Positions 9,488 to 18,529 of a stretch of 38,899 nt of DNA are shown here, one piece after another. The notes under the pieces are model-generated. The model was not told the DNA's origin and ran no database searches. It saw only the letters and a list, made by a program, of their open reading frames with translations. Each line of letters opens with the position of its first letter. Positions within the stretch are counted from its first letter, which is position 1. Source of the stretch: Fibrobacteria bacterium (GTDB taxonomy: Bacteria; Fibrobacterota; Fibrobacteria; UBA11236); NCBI GenBank assembly GCA_050486505.1, contig JBJHDK010000016.1, positions 1-38,899 on the forward strand, given 5' to 3'. The translations under genes and the position numbers were made by a program.

Positions 9488-9624
9488 GAATTACGAATCG
9501 AACGCAGGGATCGTGCTTGTGTGAAGCACTAATGGGCGCAGCAGGTGAATCGCCGAACTTCGCACTTCAGGACATCCCCCTCTAACTCCTAATTCTTAAC
9601 TCCTAATTCTTAACTCGTAATTTC
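9471..9624. repeat. Foldback element: TRRGAAT heptamer array, 84-bp core, inverted TAAYTCY array
   Basis: Left arm TGAGAAT TGAGAAT TAAGAAT TACGAAT (9471-9498). Right arm TAACTCC TAATTCT TAACTCC TAATTCT TAACTCG TAATTTC (9583-9624). Confidence 0.85.
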
Positions 9625-9631
9625 ACTCCCG

Positions 9632-10795
9632 TCACTCCGGTTTCCTGATCACCCACCGGTACGCCTGCATGACGTCGCGCTTGAAGACATCGGCAGTCCC
9701 CCACAGGTAAATCTGGAATTTACGGAAGAGTTCCTCTCCGAAACGCTCCGTGATGGAGGCGCGGTTTGCCTCCAGGTTGATGGACCATTGTCTCGCGGTG
9801 AGGTAGTAGCTGTGGCGGTCATCCCACACACCGAGCAACTGGAACGGGGTTTTTGCCAGCTCCGTCATCCACTCATGCAGCGCTGCTGGGGAGCAGTTGT
9901 TGGGATAGATGTGCCTGTAAATGAAGGAGTGGAAGTTGTACTTGGTGCGGCTGGCACTGGCGTCGAGATACATGCGCCCGCCGGGCTTGAGGAGCCGCTG
10001 GTAAGTGGCGATGGACTTCCCGTAGTCCGGCAGGTGTTCCGTCACCCCCAGATTGACGATGGCGTCGTATTGTATGCCAGGATCGTATTCGTAGAGATGC
10101 TTGTTTACCACGTCGCAGGGCAGGTTTTCCCGCCGGATGAGGGCGTTGAGATAATCCTCGCTTTCCTTCGAGATGGTGATCGAGGTGACGCGAATCCCCT
10201 GCTTGCCGGCGTGCTCGCTGAAAGCACCCCAACCCCCGCCGATGTCGAGTACGCGGTCGCCGGGTTTCACGCGGATCTGGTCCACGGCGAAATCCAGTTT
10301 GCGCGTCATGGCATCCTCGAGGCTTTCGTCGTCGCGTTCGTACACCGCCTGGGAGTAACAGCGGTGCCGCTTGTCCATGAAGGCGAGGTAGAAGTCGGGA
10401 GGATGGTCGTAGTGGCTCGAGATGCCGCTGCGGTCCATGCGGGCCTGGCCGAACAACATGGGCTTGACGAGGCTCCACGCGTAGCTGAGCGGGTGCCGGT
10501 CGGTGGTCATGTCGCGCATCGAGAACACGGCCTCCATGTCGCCGATGAAATCGAGGTGACCGTACATGTAGGCCTCGAGCAGGGTCGTCGCATCCAGTGA
10601 GGCCAGGGCCGAGACGGCGGTTTCGTTGTGGATGCGGACGGTGAATCCGGGTTGCTCCTGGCCGAAGGCGATCGGAGCTTCGTTGTGCCATTGCAGGTGG
10701 AACGGAGCGCCTTTGCCTCCCGCGTAATAGGTACGGGTGACCCTTTCAAGCAGCGAGACGAGTCGTTGGAAACGGACGGGTGCGGTCGAAGTCAT
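9632..10795 (-). CDS. Cyclopropane-fatty-acyl-phospholipid synthase family SAM-dependent methyltransferase
   Basis: ISSHYD, YSQAVY, VLDIGGGWG, GVTEH, FIYRHIYP, SYYLTARQW; GGAG RBS upstream. Confidence 0.88.
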   Translation of the reverse strand: MTSTAPVRFQRLVSLLERVTRTYYAGGKGAPFHLQWHNEAPIAFGQEQPGFTVRIHNETAVSALASLDATTLLEAYMYGHLDFIGDMEAVFSMRDMTTDRHPLSYAWSLVKPMLFGQARMDRSGISSHYDHPPDFYLAFMDKRHRCYSQAVYERDDESLEDAMTRKLDFAVDQIRVKPGDRVLDIGGGWGAFSEHAGKQGIRVTSITISKESEDYLNALIRRENLPCDVVNKHLYEYDPGIQYDAIVNLGVTEHLPDYGKSIATYQRLLKPGGRMYLDASASRTKYNFHSFIYRHIYPNNCSPAALHEWMTELAKTPFQLLGVWDDRHSYYLTARQWSINLEANRASITERFGEELFRKFQIYLWGTADVFKRDVMQAYRWVIRKPE

Positions 10796-10843
10796 CACGG
10801 GTCTCCAAAAAAGACTTCCGTGAAGATAATCCCGTGACGAAAT

Positions 10844-11173
10844 TTATGCCGAGAGTTTGGGGTTGTTTTTGTGCCGGTCACCGTCACGCGCAGTTTTTTT
10901 GGCGAGATTGCGTTCCATGGCCGCGGTCAAGTCGACGCCGGTCTGGTTGGCGAGACACACGAGCACGAAGAGGATGTCGGCCATCTCGTCGCCGAGGTCG
11001 CGGCCTTCATCCGATTTCTTGAAGCTTTGGTCGCCGTAGGTGCGTGCCATGAGGCGGGCGAGTTCGCCGACTTCTTCCATGAGGACGGCGGTGTTGGTGA
11101 GTTCGGAGAAATAGCGGACGCCATGGGTCTTGATCCACACGTCGACGGTTTTCTGGGCTTCTTCGAGCGTCAT
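10844..11173 (-). CDS. MazG-like nucleotide pyrophosphohydrolase
   Basis: GVRYFSELTN, LMEEVGELAR, DLGDEMADILFVLVCLANQTG. Start moved to ATG 11173. Confidence 0.92.
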   Translation of the reverse strand: MTLEEAQKTVDVWIKTHGVRYFSELTNTAVLMEEVGELARLMARTYGDQSFKKSDEGRDLGDEMADILFVLVCLANQTGVDLTAAMERNLAKKTARDGDRHKNNPKLSA

Positions 11174-11228
11174 GGGCCGCAAGCTAGATATTTGCGCCGC
11201 TTCCCCAAAAACGCATCTTTGACACCAC

Positions 11229-12530
11229 ATGAGCACCCCTCCCCGCATCGACCCGGATTTCCGGCCCCTCATCGTGCTTTGGGGTTTTCCCGAACTCAGC
11301 CAGACTTTCATCCATCGCGAGATCAGCGAATGGAAGCGCGCGCACCCGGGTCTGCGCATCCTCGCCGGAGAACGTCGCGATGGCGGCAGTCGTGATCCCG
11401 AGGTGCGCGAGTGGGCCGGCACCATCACCCGCTATCTGCCCTCTCCGTGGGTTTGGTTCCCGCGTGGGCTACTGCGTGGAGCGTTCCGCTTTTACCGCTT
11501 CCTGCCGGCCTTTGCCTGGATGCTCACGCGCCCTCATCGCTCGGCATTGCATCGCCTGCGCGGCCTGGCCATGTGCGTTGCCGCGGCCGATACCCTCCCG
11601 TGGCTGTTTCGCGCGCGACCCGATTACATCCACGCGCACTTCGCGTCCTACCACACCGAGTGGGCGATGTGCCTCGCGCGCATGAGCGGGATCCCGTACG
11701 GCGGGAGCTGGCATGCCGTGGACATCTGGAAGGACGCGAACATCCTGCCCGAGAAACTCCGCAATGCAAGAATCATCCTGACATGCACGCGGCATAATTA
11801 CGACCACCTCGTGGCGCTCGCACCCGACGCGCGAGACAGGGTGCGGCTCGCCTATCACGGGATTCCGTTCGAGCGACTGGATGCGGCGGCGCATGCGAAC
11901 GAGGGGGCTCCCGGCAACGATCCGGATGTTCCCGAAATGGTCGCCATCGGGCGACTGGTGGAGAAGAAGGGGTTTCATCATCTCCTGGATGCCTGCGGCA
12001 AGCTGCAGGATCAGGGGGTTCCCTTCCGCCTTCTGCTCGTCGGCGAGGGACCTGAGGACGGTCGCCTGCGCGACTTGGCCGCGCATCTGGGAATTTCCGG
12101 CAAGGTGGAGTTCGCCGGAGCACTGTCCAATGCCGAGGTTTTCCGGAGGCTCCACCGCGGCATCGTGCTGGTCGCGCCTTCGATCCGCGGGCCGGGCGGC
12201 GACATCGACGGGATTCCCAACGTGGTACTGGAGGCGATGGCGACGGGGCTCCCGGTGGTGGGGAGCGACTTTTCAGGGATCCCCGAGGTGGTCAGGCACG
12301 GGGAAACCGGATTACTGGTGCCGCCGGGCAACGCGGCGGCCCTGGCCGCCGCGTTGCGCGCGCTGCTCCAAGATCCGGAACGTGCGCGCGCGCTGGGCCG
12401 CGCGGCGTCGGCCTTCGTGCGGGAACACTTCGACGCGCGGGCCAACGCCCGGCGGCAGCTCGAGTGGATTCGGGAAGCAATGGGGAGGCGACGGGAGACG
12501 GGAGAGGGGAGTCATGTAAGCGCTTCGTAA
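11229..12530 (+). CDS. Glycosyltransferase family 4 (WcaL-like)
   Basis: FPELSQTFIHREI, HAHFA, IGRLVEKKG, DGIPNVVLEAMA, GIPEVV. Confidence 0.92.
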   Translation: MSTPPRIDPDFRPLIVLWGFPELSQTFIHREISEWKRAHPGLRILAGERRDGGSRDPEVREWAGTITRYLPSPWVWFPRGLLRGAFRFYRFLPAFAWMLTRPHRSALHRLRGLAMCVAAADTLPWLFRARPDYIHAHFASYHTEWAMCLARMSGIPYGGSWHAVDIWKDANILPEKLRNARIILTCTRHNYDHLVALAPDARDRVRLAYHGIPFERLDAAAHANEGAPGNDPDVPEMVAIGRLVEKKGFHHLLDACGKLQDQGVPFRLLLVGEGPEDGRLRDLAAHLGISGKVEFAGALSNAEVFRRLHRGIVLVAPSIRGPGGDIDGIPNVVLEAMATGLPVVGSDFSGIPEVVRHGETGLLVPPGNAAALAAALRALLQDPERARALGRAASAFVREHFDARANARRQLEWIREAMGRRRETGEGSHVSAS

Positions 12531-12591
12531 GGGCGACCTGCACGTCGCCCTTACAGGGGTCGCTTTCGTCTCCCGTCTCCCATCTCACGTA
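12490..12591. repeat. Foldback element: GACGGGA array and inverted TCCCGTC array enclosing a REP-like hairpin
   Basis: GACGGGA GACGGGA GAGGGGA (12490-12510); GTAAGGGCGAC-CTGCAC-GTCGCCCTTAC (12527-12554); TTTCGTC TCCCGTC TCCCATC TCACGTA (12564-12591). Confidence 0.75.
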
Positions 12592-13625
12592 GGCGGAATC
12601 GATTCCCAACGAGGCGGGGCGAAGTCGTAGCTGCCTGATTCCAGCAGGCGCACGAAATGTTCCACGCGCAAGGGATAGCTCGCGAGGCGATTGAAATAGC
12701 CTTCTTCGAATACGAAGTCCCCCTCACGCCAGAGATAACGCCCGGGGAGCCCCCCCACATACAACTGCGCCGGATTCCGGCAGCCGAACACCGACTGCAT
12801 CTCGTTGACCAGATACTCGCCGCCCACGGTCTCGAAAACGTCGAGCGCCATGGAGTTGAACCTGAGGCGATCGCAAATGTCCTTGAGCATGAGCAGCAGC
12901 TCGCGGGGCGGCTCGACCCAGCCCTCTTTCTTGCTTCCGCTGGCAAGCCCGTTGTCGCCCTTGAGTTTTTGCCGTCCGAAGTAGGAGTCGCCGATGCGGA
13001 TCAGGCGCCACTCCCACTTGATGTCGTGCCATTGCTGCAAGGTGACGTAGTTCCTCTGTACCGATCCGAGCAGGGGCACGGGAATTCCGGCGTATGACTT
13101 GGTGTAGACCTTGCCGAAGGAAAGGTTTCCGATGCCCAGCCCGAAGACGGCGTGCAGGTGGCGCCGCGCCTGACCGGGAGTCTTGAGGATGGTGATGCCG
13201 CTGCCGGCGGAACCGATGTTGTTTTTGGAGACGAGCGGATAGGGTGCGCTTCGCAGGAATGCCGCAGCTTCTTTTTTGTCGGTGAAGATCCACGTGCGGG
13301 GCGAAGGAATCCCGAAGAGCTCCTTCACGTGGGTTTGCAACCGCTTGTTCTCGTAGAAGAGCATCTCGTGCAGGGCGGGATACACCGGCTTGCGCAGGAT
13401 CTCGGCAAGCACGTAGAGGCGCTCGTCGTACACCGCCTTGCGCTCGGGATAATCGCAGGGAGGCCGCGCGAGGAATCCGTCGCAACCCGATTCAAGGATG
13501 CGTTCGCGCCAGTCGTTCGCCATGAAGGGGATGACGACATGCGGTTGCCCGAGTTCCTCGCAGGCCTGCACATAGAACTTCCAGGAAGGATCGGTGCTTT
13601 CGAGAATGCCGAGTTTTTTCTTCAT
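12585..13625 (-). CDS. ATP-grasp fold protein (RimK-like), probably a polysaccharide-modifying ligase
   Basis: YENK, IPSPRTW, YPLVSK..GSAGSG, EWRLIRIG, SMALDVF...YLVNEMQ. Confidence 0.8.
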   Translation of the reverse strand: MKKKLGILESTDPSWKFYVQACEELGQPHVVIPFMANDWRERILESGCDGFLARPPCDYPERKAVYDERLYVLAEILRKPVYPALHEMLFYENKRLQTHVKELFGIPSPRTWIFTDKKEAAAFLRSAPYPLVSKNNIGSAGSGITILKTPGQARRHLHAVFGLGIGNLSFGKVYTKSYAGIPVPLLGSVQRNYVTLQQWHDIKWEWRLIRIGDSYFGRQKLKGDNGLASGSKKEGWVEPPRELLLMLKDICDRLRFNSMALDVFETVGGEYLVNEMQSVFGCRNPAQLYVGGLPGRYLWREGDFVFEEGYFNRLASYPLRVEHFVRLLESGSYDFAPPRWESIPPT

Positions 13626-13644
13626 CGTGTACTCATCCCTTGCT

Positions 13645-15093
13645 TCAACGGAAATCCCGCAGCGCGGTGCGTTTCCGGAGGTAGAGCGCGAATGCCCCGT
13701 AGAGCAGCGCCGTCAGCGCGAAGCCGCCCGCGCGCTCCGCCAGGGCGGCTTCCGACACGGCCGGATACAGGGTGAATGACGCGGCTGCGAACCCCGCGAT
13801 GAGCAGGGCCTGGATCCACAGGGGTCCGGAGTACAGGTGGATTCGGGAACGGCGCACCTGCAGAACATAGAACAGCAGGTTTTGCACGAGGTAGGCGGCC
13901 ACCGTTGCGGAGGCGGCCCCCGCCAGTCCGAAGCGCGGGATCCAGAGCAGGTTGAGCACGAAGTTCAGCGCGAGGATGCCGAGGTTGATTTTCATGAGCA
14001 GGCGGCTTTTGCCGAGGCCGGCCAGTACCTGTGCGTTGAGGCCGAAAAACCCGGTCACCAGGTTCCCGGCGAGCAGGATGAGCAGGGCATGGGGCTCCAG
14101 GGCATACTCGCGCCCTGCGACCGACATGACTTCCCCGGGGAAGAAGAACACCGCGAGGGCGATGAAAAACTGGATGATGGTCACGATGCCCACCGTGAAG
14201 TTGAAGGCCGGCTTCAGGCTGGCGCGCTGGCCTTCCTTGTCCATGCCGCTGATGACGGGGAGCAGCAGGGAGTCGAAGCTTTGGCGAATGGTCTTCACGC
14301 TGTTCGACAGGGTGAGCATGATGGCGTAGATGGCCGCGTACTCCGGGCCGAGGAAGAAGAGAATCATCCACAGGTCGAGGCGGAGCAGGACGCTGGAGAC
14401 GAGATCGGAGACGCCCTGCGGCCATGAGTAGGCGCGCAGGCCCCGGTCGAGTCGTCCGCGGGGAAGCAGTTCCGTGAATCCGAAGCGCCGCGCGGCGACG
14501 CGCAGCAGAAGAAGCGCGCATAGCGTCGCGCAGAGCAGGAAGGCCAACGGCAGTGAAAGAGCGCCCGCCCCCGCGTGCTTGAGGGCAATCGCGATCGGTG
14601 GAATGCCTGCATAGAGAAGGAACTCGCCGAGCCAGACGCGGTACTTGGGGAGGTAAACTCCCTCCAGGGCTGACCCGAGGAAGTGAATCACGACCATCGG
14701 GAGTACGGCGGCCATGCAGATCCAGGCGAAGGCGGGGGGAATCGAAGCCGCCCCGCCACCGCGCTGCATCAACGTGATCACGAGCATTGTTCCCAACGTG
14801 ACCAGAATACCCGTTTTCAGAGCCGTCAGAAAGGCGGGCCCGAGCTGATGCGCGGGGGTCCTGTTTTCCCGCGCGTTTTGGGGGAGATACCAGGTGATGC
14901 CCTTGTCGAGGCCGAGCAGGCAGAAGCGCGACAGCGTCAGAGCCAGGAGTTGCAGGGAGACGTATTGCCCGAAAACGTCGCGGGCGAAAACATGGGCGAG
15001 CAGGATGGTGAGGGCGGGTGAGGCGGCCTTTACGGCGACGCCGGCCAGCTTGTGGGCGGCTCCCCGGACCAGATGCTCTCTCGGTGTGCTCAT
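13645..15093 (-). CDS. Oligosaccharide flippase (Wzx/MOP superfamily)
   Basis: About 14 hydrophobic segments; FGQY..., RLDLWMI, LNLLWIPRFGLAGAASAT. Confidence 0.85.
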   Translation of the reverse strand: MSTPREHLVRGAAHKLAGVAVKAASPALTILLAHVFARDVFGQYVSLQLLALTLSRFCLLGLDKGITWYLPQNARENRTPAHQLGPAFLTALKTGILVTLGTMLVITLMQRGGGAASIPPAFAWICMAAVLPMVVIHFLGSALEGVYLPKYRVWLGEFLLYAGIPPIAIALKHAGAGALSLPLAFLLCATLCALLLLRVAARRFGFTELLPRGRLDRGLRAYSWPQGVSDLVSSVLLRLDLWMILFFLGPEYAAIYAIMLTLSNSVKTIRQSFDSLLLPVISGMDKEGQRASLKPAFNFTVGIVTIIQFFIALAVFFFPGEVMSVAGREYALEPHALLILLAGNLVTGFFGLNAQVLAGLGKSRLLMKINLGILALNFVLNLLWIPRFGLAGAASATVAAYLVQNLLFYVLQVRRSRIHLYSGPLWIQALLIAGFAAASFTLYPAVSEAALAERAGGFALTALLYGAFALYLRKRTALRDFR

Positions 15094-15196
15094 GCGTGGC
15101 CACGCAAGATGCGCGGATGTTTCAAGTTAGTTAGTCCCGCAGGAGTGCATCGGGGAATGTCTACCTTGGGCATTTTCGGAAAACGTTCGAAAACCC

Positions 15197-15796
15197 ATGC
15201 ACTCATCCCCTGGAGGCGGCCGACGTCCGCCCCGTCGCAAGCGCACGCCGCGCCGCCGGTTACTGGCCTGGGATCGCGTCTGGGCACGGCGCTGGAGGCG
15301 CATCCAGCCTCCCGCGTGGCTTCATCGCGTGCTTGTCCTCTTCGTACGCCTCGGTGACGGTTGGGGCTGGTTCCTCGTCGTGGCGGTGTTCGCCGCACTG
15401 TTTACCTTCGAACGCTTCGTCCAGCTGGCGTTGCAGGCCCTGCTCGCCGTCTGCGTGAGCATCCCCCTGTACTGGATCCTCAAGCTCAGTTTTCGCCGCA
15501 CGCGGCCCTACCGCCTGCTGCGCTGGGTGACCGCGCGCGTCCCTCCGCTCGACTCCTACAGCTTCCCTTCTGGCCATACCATGAACAACATGGCCGTGGC
15601 GACGAGCCTCGCCTTTCATCTTCCCTGGCTTTGGCCACTTGCCGTTGCGGTGCCGCTTTCGCTGGGCTTGTTGAGGGTTCTTTACGGTGTCCACTTCCTG
15701 ACGGACATCGCCGCGGGAGCGATGTTCGGCTTGCTGGCGGCTTTCGTCGCATGGAGGGTGCATGAGTGGGTGCTCCCCGTGATCCCGCTGTTCTGA
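15197..15796 (+). CDS. PAP2 family membrane phosphatase
   Basis: K..FRRTRP, YSFPSGHT, RVLYGVHFLTD. Confidence 0.9.
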   Translation: MHSSPGGGRRPPRRKRTPRRRLLAWDRVWARRWRRIQPPAWLHRVLVLFVRLGDGWGWFLVVAVFAALFTFERFVQLALQALLAVCVSIPLYWILKLSFRRTRPYRLLRWVTARVPPLDSYSFPSGHTMNNMAVATSLAFHLPWLWPLAVAVPLSLGLLRVLYGVHFLTDIAAGAMFGLLAAFVAWRVHEWVLPVIPLF

Positions 15797-15905
15797 AGGG
15801 ACCGCGGGGCGACCCCGCAACTTTCCGGGAATGCACGGACATCCCCCCTGCCCCCCGCGTATATTAGAGCACTCCTGTAATCCCTTCCCCAATCCAAGGT
15901 TCCCA

Positions 15906-17381
15906 GTGTTCCCACGCCTGCGTCTCATCGCCTTGTTCGTGTGCCTGACGGCCTTGCCGTGGGGCGCGGCCGTCGCGGCTGATTCCGCACCGGGCGGCAA
16001 AGGCACGGATTCTTCCCGCGTCGCGAAGATCGACACGGCGACGGTGGGAAGCCTGATCTACACCTATGTGGCACACCCGGTTCTGCAGACAGTGACCTGG
16101 CCGGTCCAGAACATTCTCGCGCCGGGCGTGGAGTTCCTGACCTGGCCGACCCAGCAGCCCATCCGCTATTTCCTCGAGGAAAACGTCATCGACCGATCCA
16201 TCGAGTTGGTCAGTTTCGGCGAGAGCCAGCATCTTTCGGTCTATCCTACGATCAGTCTCGCGGGCGGCACCTCTTCCCGGACGGGCGCCTCGCTGCGTCA
16301 CTCCGCGCCTTTCGGACGCGACGAGGCGCGTCTGGTCGCGCATTACCTGTATTACGTCAACGGTGACCAGCGCCTGCGCTCCTTCCTCAAGCTCGACAGC
16401 CTGGGAAGCTCCCGCTATTCCCTGAAACTGGCCTTCACCTTCAGCCGTTTCTCGAATGCCACGTTTTACCAGCCCGACACCAGCGTGGCGTTCACGCACA
16501 CCAACCGTTCCGAGAATTATCAGGTTCAGGTCGACACCCGCGTGTGGGAGGCCCTGGCCTTGCGCACGGGTTTTTTCCTTCGCAACTATCGTTTCGGGGA
16601 TGCCACCACCCAGCAGTCGACATCGGGGGCCGACCCGAACTCGGCGCTCCACGGGGAATTTTTCCGCAACCGCGACGGGGTGATCGATCGAACCTACCGC
16701 GGCTTCAACGACTCCTATTTCGACCGTGTCTTTCAGCTTGGCCTCGTGAGGGACACGCGCAACAACGAGAACATTCCGGTGGATGGAAGCTGGTTGGAGA
16801 CGGCGTGGTATTACCATAATGTGCAGGGGAACAGGGATTTCCACGAATGGCGCGGGCGATTGACGCGTTTCTACAAACTCGGCGAAGAGCAGTACATGCT
16901 CACGGAAGAGGAAGACCGGCAGCGTCGCCTGCGGAACCTGAACCTGGAGGAGTTCGTTCGTGACCTCGAGTATCGCAGGTTGCGGCAGCAGGTGTTCTCC
17001 CGCAAGGTCGTGGTTTTGCATTTGTATGCCGCGCAGAGCAACGAGATCCCGGGAAACGTGATGCCCTTTTACGGGCTGCAGACGCTGGGGAACGACACTC
17101 CCCTGCGCGGCTATGCGGGGTCGCGGTTCCGGCACTATGCGGTGGCGGCCACCAGCATGGAGTACCGCTTCCCGTTACAGCGTTTGATGGACGGGGTGCT
17201 CTTCAACGAGTATGGCCTGTACGGGGAGTCCCTGACGGGCCTCGGCCTCGAGAGCCTCAAGAACTCGTGGGGGTTCGGCGTCCGCGTGCGGCGGCCCGAC
17301 ATGTTCCTCTTTCGCGTGGAGCTGGCGATGCGGGGCGTGTCGGGGTTCCTTCTCAACGTGAACGCCGACGCGCCTTTCTAG
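15906..17381 (+). CDS. Omp85/BamA-TamA family outer-membrane beta-barrel protein
   Basis: Signal peptide, amphipathic beta strands, RDTRNN..P.DG, LRGY..SRF loop-6 motif, EYRFPL, WGFGVR, terminal Phe. The GTG start at 15906 is uncertain. Confidence 0.8.
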   Translation: MFPRLRLIALFVCLTALPWGAAVAADSAPGGKGTDSSRVAKIDTATVGSLIYTYVAHPVLQTVTWPVQNILAPGVEFLTWPTQQPIRYFLEENVIDRSIELVSFGESQHLSVYPTISLAGGTSSRTGASLRHSAPFGRDEARLVAHYLYYVNGDQRLRSFLKLDSLGSSRYSLKLAFTFSRFSNATFYQPDTSVAFTHTNRSENYQVQVDTRVWEALALRTGFFLRNYRFGDATTQQSTSGADPNSALHGEFFRNRDGVIDRTYRGFNDSYFDRVFQLGLVRDTRNNENIPVDGSWLETAWYYHNVQGNRDFHEWRGRLTRFYKLGEEQYMLTEEEDRQRRLRNLNLEEFVRDLEYRRLRQQVFSRKVVVLHLYAAQSNEIPGNVMPFYGLQTLGNDTPLRGYAGSRFRHYAVAATSMEYRFPLQRLMDGVLFNEYGLYGESLTGLGLESLKNSWGFGVRVRRPDMFLFRVELAMRGVSGFLLNVNADAPF

Positions 17382-17394
17382 GGGACAAGACAAC

Positions 17395-17432
17395 AAAAAG
17401 CCCCGCCGGGAAATTCCCGGCGGGGCTTTTTT
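17395..17432. terminator. Bidirectional rho-independent terminator
   Basis: AAAAAGCCCCGCCGGGAAATTCCCGGCGGGGCTTTTTT between convergent genes. Confidence 0.92.
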
Positions 17433-17469
17433 CGCGCTCGCGGTGAAGGTCAGGCGCGCTCAAGTCCCA

Positions 17470-18282
17470 TCAAGTTCCAAGGGCCTGCAGGTAACCTTCG
17501 TACTTCTCGCGCAGTACGTCCTTGTTCTTGTTGCGGCGGATGCGGCGCAGTGCCTGATCGCGCAGCTGACGGACGCGCTCATGCGAAATATTCAGCGTTT
17601 CACCGACTTCGCGCAGCGTCTGCGGTGCCTCGTGGTTGATGCCGAACAGGCCCTTGATGACCTGGGCCTCGCGCTCGGGCAGTTCGGAGAGCAGGTCTTT
17701 CGCAAGGTGCTCCACGGCCTGGATCTCGGCCTCGGATTCGGGGTTCACGGCTTTCTCGTCCGCCAGAACTTCCTGATAGGTCGTCTTGGTGTCGGTTTTG
17801 AGCGGCGCGTCGAAACTGATGCCGGCCTCGCCGAGTTGGATCAACTCGCGGATGTCGTCGGACAGTTCCTTGCCCTTGGACTTTTCCTTGAGCGCCTTGC
17901 GGACGCGCAGATGCTGGTTGGCCGGCAGGCGGATCAGCGAGCCTTGCTCGTTGATGGCACGCGTGATGTAGGCCTTGATCCACCATACTGCATAGGAGAT
18001 GAACTTGAGTCCGCGCGAGTGATCGAAGCTTTCGATGGCACGGATCAGCCCCATGGCACCCTCGCTCACGAGGTCGGGCAGGGGAATGGGGCAGCCGCGA
18101 TACTGCAGCGCCACCTTCAGCACGAAACGCATGTTCGCAGAAACCAGCTTTTCGCGGGCTGCGCGATTTCCCTCACGGCACAGCTGGAAGAGCCTGTGCT
18201 CGTCCTTGCGGTCGATGGGGCTGGTTTTGCGGATATCCTCGAGATATCGCTTGAGGGTTTCGTCGGTGGTATCGAATGTCAT
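17470..18282 (-). CDS. RNA polymerase sigma-70 factor, RpoD/SigA-like, lacking region 1.1
   Basis: LKRYLEDI (1.2), LVSANMRFV, DLVSEG.MGL, KFISYAVWWI, IRLP, TLREVG...SHERVRQ. Confidence 0.93.
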   Translation of the reverse strand: MTFDTTDETLKRYLEDIRKTSPIDRKDEHRLFQLCREGNRAAREKLVSANMRFVLKVALQYRGCPIPLPDLVSEGAMGLIRAIESFDHSRGLKFISYAVWWIKAYITRAINEQGSLIRLPANQHLRVRKALKEKSKGKELSDDIRELIQLGEAGISFDAPLKTDTKTTYQEVLADEKAVNPESEAEIQAVEHLAKDLLSELPEREAQVIKGLFGINHEAPQTLREVGETLNISHERVRQLRDQALRRIRRNKNKDVLREKYEGYLQALGT

Positions 18283-18529
18283 GAATGTTTCCGCTTCCCG
18301 GGGAGTCGCCTGTCGTGCCGCATCCGTGAAGACCTGAGCAAGAAGCGTACCATGCAGGGGGTGGCTTTGGAGTTACGGAAATATACTCAACTCCGGCGTT
18401 AAATGCCACCAAAAACCCACAAAAGAAATGGGGATTTGTGGCGAATTGTTCAAATGTCATCCACCGGCTTTTTGGTGCGAAAAAACGAATTTTCCTTGAA
18501 TTCCGCCCGTGGGCAGGCCGTCCTCCTCA

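Noticed and set aside
9471..9624. Heptamer arrays as a CRISPR array or integron attC site
   Set aside because: The units are 7 bp with no unique spacers, there are no cas or integrase genes, and there are no convincing RYYYAAC/GTTRRRY ends.
15804..15818. GCGGGG-CGA-CCCCGC as a third REP copy
   Set aside because: Only a 6-bp stem and the GTCGCCC half is missing; plausible by chance at this GC content.
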